From IMG/VR virus record IMGVR_UViG_3300002219_000827, positions 1-54,896 of that record: 54,896 nucleotides of DNA; one strand, 5' to 3'. Positions 49,558 through 54,896 of this stretch are shown in pieces. The position numbers and the translations under genes were made by a program. The notes beneath the pieces are model-generated. The model worked only from the letters and a program-made list of their open reading frames with translations, had not been told where the DNA came from and ran no database searches. How positions within the stretch are numbered: the first letter of the stretch is position 1; every line of letters begins with the position of its first letter. The stretch comes from a virus (Duplodnaviria; Caudoviricetes).

Positions 49558-49599
49558 GTTTAACCAGCGGCCCGACCCGGTGACGCTCAACCGTCATGC
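49558..49599 (+). mobile_element. Degenerate/collapsed attC-like site
   Basis: R'' GTTTAAC ... R' GTCATGC; only 42 bp. Confidence 0.5.
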
Positions 49600-49839
49600 G
49601 CGTCTGTTCCAGCTTTGAATTGCCTCGGCTTTGCTATGCCACCAACACGTCATGCCATGGCAATCCCCCTCACACTCGACCCGCCAGCCCCATATGCCGC
49701 CACTGAATATCTGCTTTGCCGTAATTGATGCCCCACTGCCGCAGAAAGGGCATCTTGATAACAAAGCACTGGACTCAGACGGCCCAAACTCGCAGCCTTT
49801 TTGGTCTTCACATGGTTCTTGGCAAATGTCGCATTCCAT
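49594..49839 (-). CDS. Lar-family Zn-ribbon protein (81 aa)
   Basis: RCPFCG..VEC..C..AEAIQSWNRRA; AGGAG RBS. Confidence 0.7.
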   Translation of the reverse strand: MECDICQEPCEDQKGCEFGPSESSALLSRCPFCGSGASITAKQIFSGGIWGWRVECEGDCHGMTCWWHSKAEAIQSWNRRA

Positions 49840-49878
49840 CTCGGTTCTCCTAGCCACTGGCCAGTTGTGCCGTTCACT
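49756..49878 (+). mobile_element. attC-like site (123 bp)
   Basis: TGATAAC-AAAGC-ACTGGACTCAGACGGC...GCCACTGGCCAGT-TGTGCC-GTTCACT, with canonical 5/6-nt spacers and a paired stem. Confidence 0.5.
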
Positions 49879-50743
49879 ACCACGCCAATTCCGAATGAGT
49901 ACAATCTCCAAGCCATGGAAAGCCGGTGGCCGGATCAACCTCATTTCTGTTTTCGTAGCTCCACTGCTTGAACATGAACGGTACACCAGCATATTTGCAC
50001 TGGTCGCGAACGCTAATTACCCATTGAGGATCAAGCCGACGGCCCTTACTGCCCGACTCCCCACCCAGGATCACGCCATCCAGGCGAGTTACCTCAGGCC
50101 TGTTTGCCCCACCGTGCCAACCTGTCAGAGCATCAATTGAAACATCCGGTTTCCCGCGTTCAGGGGCGTCAGACAGCTTTATGACCAACCGGGTCAGATC
50201 CACTGGTCCCAACATCGGCTCTAAAGAGACGAAGCGCTTTGCAGCAGGTATCTTCAGTAACAAAGGTATCCGCTTGTCTGCTTCCTGTTGATTTTCGACT
50301 GACACACCAAGGACAAGATTTGAAAGGGGGGAATCGTTATAAAGACTGGAAAAAAACTCTTGCATTCTGCCGGCTCTTTTTGTCAGCACGATAAACGTAT
50401 GTCTCGGCAATCTTCCTATCGTAACGACAATCGAATTGACCCACTCAAAAGGAACCGTTTCATGGAATAAATCACCCATACTGGAAATAAAGATACTGCG
50501 GGGTTTCTTCCACTTGTAAGGCTTTTCCAGTTCAGAAGGCACAAAGCCTGTTTTCCCATTCCACTTTTTATAACTGCCTGAACCATCATTAGTGACGTGT
50601 TTGTATTGTACAAAACCCATTGCGGCAAGACGGCTGGCCATACTCTCGGCGTAGCAGTTTTTGCACCCATCGCTGACCTTGGAACATCCCACAACCGGAT
50701 TTATCGTTTCATCACACCAGGATATCTTTGTTGGCATTGGCAT
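49877..50743 (-). CDS. DUF5131 (phage Gp37/Gp68) family protein
   Basis: GCSKVSDGCKNCYA, SMGDLFH, LTKR, GVSVENQ, SLEP, GGESG, FKQW. Confidence 0.85.
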   Translation of the reverse strand: MPMPTKISWCDETINPVVGCSKVSDGCKNCYAESMASRLAAMGFVQYKHVTNDGSGSYKKWNGKTGFVPSELEKPYKWKKPRSIFISSMGDLFHETVPFEWVNSIVVTIGRLPRHTFIVLTKRAGRMQEFFSSLYNDSPLSNLVLGVSVENQQEADKRIPLLLKIPAAKRFVSLEPMLGPVDLTRLVIKLSDAPERGKPDVSIDALTGWHGGANRPEVTRLDGVILGGESGSKGRRLDPQWVISVRDQCKYAGVPFMFKQWSYENRNEVDPATGFPWLGDCTHSELAW

Positions 50744-50776
50744 CCCTCATCTCCAATCAGATCATCAACTTTCATG

Positions 50777-51310
50777 TCAGAGCTCCCCAACCACAACCAC
50801 CGGCAACTCCCTGACAAACTCTGCCTTCCCCTTATCCAAAACCAACACTTCGCCTTCCCCCCGGCGCAAGAAGAGACAAAGCGCATCAACCCGGGAAACT
50901 CGATACTCAGAAACCTTATCCACTCCCCGCTGCAGCGCGAATTCTGCCGCCTTATGAGGAAACAGCGTGTAACTGATCCAGTCTTGCTCTCCGGGCCTAT
51001 GCGCACGGAACAACTCCAGCGGCTCCCGTAACGCCCGAAATAACTCCAACTCGCTCGGCTTCATGATGCTGGTTTCACGATTCGGCCTGTCCGAAGAGAA
51101 CAGCCGCTTCCACTCATCCAGATCGCTCCAACCGGTATAACTCACCCACAAAGTAGAAAGCATGAACCAGTAGGCATAATCAGTCAGACGCCAGGCATAG
51201 CGTGAAAACACCTTGACAGCATCGGGAGTCGCCTCGTAAGGCAGGATCTTCTTCAGTGTCTGCACATCTTTCTTGTTCCATCTGAAATCAGGAGACACGT
51301 CACGCAACAT
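50777..51310 (-). CDS. Hypothetical protein with ADP-ribosyltransferase-like R-S-ExE pattern
   Basis: LFRA..ISYT..A.EFA..RGEGEVLV; start MLRDVS. Confidence 0.5.
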   Translation of the reverse strand: MLRDVSPDFRWNKKDVQTLKKILPYEATPDAVKVFSRYAWRLTDYAYWFMLSTLWVSYTGWSDLDEWKRLFSSDRPNRETSIMKPSELELFRALREPLELFRAHRPGEQDWISYTLFPHKAAEFALQRGVDKVSEYRVSRVDALCLFLRRGEGEVLVLDKGKAEFVRELPVVVVGEL

Positions 51311-51311
51311 G

Positions 51312-52016
51312 CTCACCCCACCGCCAAAACCAAACCAGACAGCACCACCAACCCGATTACCAGCCAATCCCCAAGGGCCAACTCCATCCGGCAACGGCAG
51401 CCGCTTTTGTGCACCAACCCCTCGCCCATCTCCCCGTAGCCTCGCTTGACATCCTTGCCGCACCCAGGACAAACGCTGTGATAGACTCTCATAAGAAATG
51501 CCCTCCAAAATTCCCGGATAAACCCCTCTCCCGCCGCCACCGCCACAGTGCCCGGACCATACAGCACACCACCGGACTGACAATCGCCGAAGCAGCACAC
51601 CAAATAACCACCTCTTCCAGAGTAAACAGTGTCTCCACAACCCCTCCCGGTCATCGTATCTACGCCGCCCGCCGCACTTCCCAAGATCGCATCGCTCTCA
51701 CCCGCTCCGCATACCGCGGATAATGCAGATCCAGACAATCCTCACAGATCCCGCCCGTAACCGTATTCCGGCCACCTTCAGAGGACTTCGCTCTCAACCT
51801 GCTCCGGCAGTGCATACACTCAACGATCATCATGCCGCCTCCCGTGCCAGCCGTGACGCCTTCGATATAGCCAGCTTCCGAATGCGGGCAGCCGATGTGT
51901 AGTTACCCTGGCACTCCAAACGGGCAGCCATAATGTTGGCGTGATACACGATATATTCGGCCTTCGGCATCGTTCGCTCCGCATCCAAAAGCTGCGAATC
52001 CTCATACCGCACCCGG
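51312..52016. repeat. About 700-bp direct repeat, copy A
   Basis: Matches 47600-48301. Confidence 0.92.
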
Positions 52017-52132
52017 TCCGGATCGAGGCCGACAGGACCAACCAGTTCCGGCTTACCCAACATTGGCCGGATTTGCCTCACGACCTCGGCGGCCACAGCC
52101 TTAATATCATCCTGTGAAAGCGTTATTGCCAT
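51830..52132 (-). CDS. Hypothetical early protein (100 aa); 3' part duplicated at 48115-48297
   Basis: GAGGTGG RBS; intact copy. Confidence 0.65.
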   Translation of the reverse strand: MAITLSQDDIKAVAAEVVRQIRPMLGKPELVGPVGLDPDRVRYEDSQLLDAERTMPKAEYIVYHANIMAARLECQGNYTSAARIRKLAISKASRLAREAA

Positions 52133-52141
52133 GATTCCACC

Positions 52142-52375
52142 TCAACCCCTGCAATCGCCACAGGTAAGAGTCCCGTTATTCCACTGAACATACTGGTCAC
52201 TGGCCAGGATTGGTACCCCACACGCAGAGCACTTTCCAAAGCATTCCCGGCCGTCAACCCGCAAAATTTGTGCATTCGGGTATTGCCTCATAAATGAGGC
52301 CATATCGGGCACCACTGTCTCCGTCGTCAAAACATGCTCAACAATCATCGTCTCGGCTCCAATCGATTGGCCCAT
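52142..52375 (-). CDS. Small Zn-finger-like protein (start uncertain)
   Basis: CSAC...CGDC. Confidence 0.5.
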   Translation of the reverse strand: MGQSIGAETMIVEHVLTTETVVPDMASFMRQYPNAQILRVDGRECFGKCSACGVPILASDQYVQWNNGTLTCGDCRG

Positions 52376-52566
52376 TCATGATGGCCTCGTTCAATACCCG
52401 CGTAATAGGCATCAGCCTCAACCGTCCCCATGGCAAACGGATGAGGGATACAAGTCCCCCCATGCCGGAACAGAAAAACCGCCAAACAACCCTCCCGGTA
52501 TTCCACACTCCTGGGAGCGCCGTTGGATAGAAACCCATCAACAATCCGTTCACACTGAACTAACAT
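52345..52566 (-). CDS. Small hypothetical protein
   Basis: Short overlaps with both neighbours. Confidence 0.45.
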   Translation of the reverse strand: MLVQCERIVDGFLSNGAPRSVEYREGCLAVFLFRHGGTCIPHPFAMGTVEADAYYAGIERGHHEWANRLEPRR

Positions 52567-52835
52567 CCCAGTTGCTCCTGCAGGGCCGCCTGCTCCACGC
52601 GGATCCGGGACAACTCCAACGTCATATGCTCAGACATATCCGTCAACTGCCGCAGGCGCCACATCCGGTCCATGGTTTTCATGAACAGACGCGACCAATC
52701 GCCACCCCGGTCTTTTTTATCCGCGACCTTCAGTTTGCTGTCGCAAAACGCCTCCGCATCCGGAATCAAAGCATCGCGCTTCGCGACATAGGCGCTATTG
52801 CCGTAACACATCCGTTCAATCTTATTTCTACCCAC
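52560..52835 (-). CDS. Hypothetical protein
   Basis: GAGGAGG RBS. Confidence 0.55.
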   Translation of the reverse strand: MGRNKIERMCYGNSAYVAKRDALIPDAEAFCDSKLKVADKKDRGGDWSRLFMKTMDRMWRLRQLTDMSEHMTLELSRIRVEQAALQEQLGC

Positions 52836-52975
52836 AGCATCCTCCTCGGCGATAACTCAAAATGGAATCTCACTACTCATTCCAGGGCATTCAACCTCAA
52901 CCCTGTGCATCCACTCGTCAATGGTCTCTTCCTCACCCGGCAGAACCAACGGCCAATCCTCGTCATAGGGCATAG

Positions 52976-53263
52976 CTACCTCCACAACCGGCAAGTCAAA
53001 CCGTTCCGCATCTGGACTGTTCCGCCACGATTCAAGCGCTTATTGCAGGCCGGACACGTATACTGCGAGCCGACGGACCCATCAGCATGCCTATGATCAC
53101 AGGGAAAAGGCGCTTGTGACCAGCCAGTGGGTAAGCTCAACAAATCAGGCTCACCGTCGCTATCAATCTCCACCGGCCTCGACCGCTTTCCGCAACAGTG
53201 GCAAATGGCTGAGGACTTCACGCTTTGACAAGTTGTTAATCCAGCAGGCATTTTCAGACACAT
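52976..53263 (-). CDS. Zn-finger-like early protein
   Basis: CHCC...CPAC; first gene after the cro-like gene. Confidence 0.5.
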   Translation of the reverse strand: MCLKMPAGLTTCQSVKSSAICHCCGKRSRPVEIDSDGEPDLLSLPTGWSQAPFPCDHRHADGSVGSQYTCPACNKRLNRGGTVQMRNGLTCRLWR

Positions 53264-53312
53264 TGCACTGTCCCCTTTCAGTATTTTGCGGATTGCGAAC
53301 CAGCTGATAGGC

Positions 53313-53333
53313 TGTTCAACATAGTTATGAACT
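53313..53333. promoter_or_regulatory. 21-bp motif copy 5 (TGTTCAACATAGTTATGAACT)
   Basis: Immediately after the cro-like stop. Confidence 0.55.
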
Positions 53334-53604
53334 AGGCAGCATGCTCTTGTCCGGGAGAAGCGAGAACCAGCAAATCATCATCAGCCAACAGGCTATAATA
53401 TTTGCGTTCGACTTTTCCTCCTGGGGCCGGCACATAAGTCCCGTTCATAAAGTTTCTAAATTGTGTCTCGTTAATGTTTTTAGTTCTAGCCCACGGTCCA
53501 AACATGCGGCCAGTTTCTTCAAAACGTTTGCGAGTTTTGTCCAAATCTATTTTCATCTTTGTCAACCCATTGATATTGTGATATATTTTTTGAATCTTCT
53601 TCAA
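53332..53604 (-). CDS. Cro-like DNA-binding protein (alternative start 53556)
   Basis: Divergent from the XRE repressor; WARTKNINETQFRNFMNG HTH-like. Confidence 0.6.
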   Translation of the reverse strand: MKKIQKIYHNINGLTKMKIDLDKTRKRFEETGRMFGPWARTKNINETQFRNFMNGTYVPAPGGKVERKYYSLLADDDLLVLASPGQEHAA

Positions 53605-53705
53605 TAAATTGTTATTGATACAATAACTTTGTTATTATTTATAAATACAAAAGTTATCGTTGTCAATATATTTTTATGCCATAAGCAATAATAAGTTGGG
53701 GACAA
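53605..53705. promoter_or_regulatory. Divergent immunity control region
   Basis: Leftward TTGACA-N17-TATAAA (53666-53638); perfect palindrome GTTATTG-ATA-CAATAAC (53611-53627). Confidence 0.7.
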
Positions 53706-54146
53706 ATGAGAACTGGCGAAAAGATAAAAAAAATTAGAGAAGAGTTGCGTATGACTCAGACTGAATTTGGCAAAGTTTTAACAGTGGCGCCTAACTATAT
53801 TGGGCTGCTCGAACGCGACCGAAAATCGCCATCCGATAAACTTATAGACTCCCTAATTAAACGCTTAAACGTGAATGACCATTGGTGGGAAACCGGCGAC
53901 GGGGAGATATTCAATAAAACAGGGGGGGCACCACCAGCCCCTACAAATTTGGCATACTACTCAGCGAATAACGTAAAAGAAGCCGCCCTGGAATATTTCA
54001 AACAGTGCGGGATCATGCCGTCCGTAGCAGAGCAAGTAATTGAAGAACTGGCCAAACTAGATAAAGGGCACCAACTGATAGAGGCGGGGAAAATTGTCAA
54101 CGACGTAGCGGATATCCTCGAGGAGATGGACAAGAAGCAAAAATAA
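53706..54146 (+). CDS. CI-like XRE-family repressor
   Basis: IKKIREELRMTQTEFG..YIGLLE..PS, WWETGDGE; no S24 peptidase domain seen. Confidence 0.8.
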   Translation: MRTGEKIKKIREELRMTQTEFGKVLTVAPNYIGLLERDRKSPSDKLIDSLIKRLNVNDHWWETGDGEIFNKTGGAPPAPTNLAYYSANNVKEAALEYFKQCGIMPSVAEQVIEELAKLDKGHQLIEAGKIVNDVADILEEMDKKQK

Positions 54147-54170
54147 AAGGCCGGATTGCTCCGGCCCTTC
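54145..54170. terminator. Hairpin between convergent genes
   Basis: GGCCGGA-TTGC-TCCGGCC. Confidence 0.5.
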
Positions 54171-54173
54171 GGT

Positions 54174-54332
54174 CTACTGATATGACTGATTACTATACCT
54201 GACACACAATTGGGATCCCGCTGCAGGTTCTATCACTGTCATCACGAGCAGCAGCAAAATCGGCAGTGGAAACCGTTGTCTCAAAAATCGTTTCAGGAGT
54301 GATATCTTCTCAGTGTCGGTCAGTTCGTTCAT
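54174..54332 (-). CDS. Small hydrophobic peptide (52 aa), not in ORF track
   Basis: GGAGG RBS; MNELTDTEKISLLKRFLRQRFPLPILLLLVMTVIEPAAGS... Confidence 0.4.
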   Translation of the reverse strand: MNELTDTEKISLLKRFLRQRFPLPILLLLVMTVIEPAAGSQLCVRYSNQSYQ

Positions 54333-54560
54333 ACTTCCTCCATGTCAGTATTTTACAACAACGCAACAACAAGCACTTTTAATGCCTCACAAGCAGGTGA
54401 GTCACATTCACTAATTAAAAATGTTATCATTTTGATGTTTCCAGGGCTCAAATTGCCGTTTCCAACGGTGATAAAATATCAATGTTTGCGCTATTTAATG
54501 TCAAACTGATAATCATTTGACCGGTTTACAAAAACCATTCTCCTTCCGATATATAGTTGA

Positions 54561-54896
54561 ATGGCTACAAAAAAAGACATCGATGACCGATTTAGAGCAA
54601 ATCTGATCCGCCTGCGACATATCAAAGGCATTACCCAGGCAGAACTGACAGAGCAATCGGCAGTTCATAACCTGGGACAAATAGAATCCGGCGCACGATC
54701 AGCAGGGAAAGAAGCAGTTGCTCGCCTGGCCACTGCCCTGGACGTTGACATATCGGAATTCTATCGGCCGATCATGGATGATCTATTAAAACCGGAAACA
54801 ACCCTGCTTCGGATCTTCAGCAGTCTCACGCCGGCAGGGAGATGGTTTGTTGTGGATGTTCTGAAAGCGTTTGCGAGGTTTTTAAAATCGAAGTAA
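54561..54896 (+). CDS. XRE-family HTH regulator
   Basis: NLIRLRHIKGITQAEL..IESG..RLATALDV. Confidence 0.8.
   Translation: MATKKDIDDRFRANLIRLRHIKGITQAELTEQSAVHNLGQIESGARSAGKEAVARLATALDVDISEFYRPIMDDLLKPETTLLRIFSSLTPAGRWFVVDVLKAFARFLKSK

Noticed and set aside
51311-51640. N-terminal extension of the 287-aa ORF in the track (similarly 44820-45905, 49594-49992, 31869-34016)
   Set aside because: Extensions overlap other genes; downstream starts with an RBS or stop-start coupling are more plausible
47600-52016. Diversity-generating retroelement TR/VR pair
   Set aside because: No reverse transcriptase in the window; differences are not adenine-specific and the repeat spans several genes

Overview
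The window is most of a temperate, podovirus-like tailed phage or prophage genome, encoded almost entirely on the minus strand. No tape-measure or tail-tube gene is recognisable. From right to left it carries: a cI/cro-like switch; an early accessory region; replication and nucleotide genes; terminase, portal, scaffold and an N4-gp56-like major capsid protein; a methyltransferase-glycosyltransferase fusion; adaptor, nozzle and tail proteins; a 4255-aa DarB-like polyvalent ejection protein; and a lysis cassette. The most striking item is a phage-borne integron. It has one intact and one truncated integron integrase, each with an attI-like GTTAAAC core 75 bp upstream. The right-hand array has attC-like sites flanking reverse-oriented accessory genes, and the variable blocks include genes resembling anti-defence families (Lar-like, DUF2829/Tad2-like, ART-like). 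The locus occurs as two diverged alleles joined at a 4-bp microhomology. Other notable items are a promoter- and terminator-bounded solitary type I-C CRISPR-like repeat (candidate RNA anti-CRISPR), a nested gene with its own promoter and RBS inside the giant ORF, a 21-bp motif found at five module boundaries, and a terminase with a tandem second nuclease-like domain. All family assignments come from motif recognition by eye; no searches were run.
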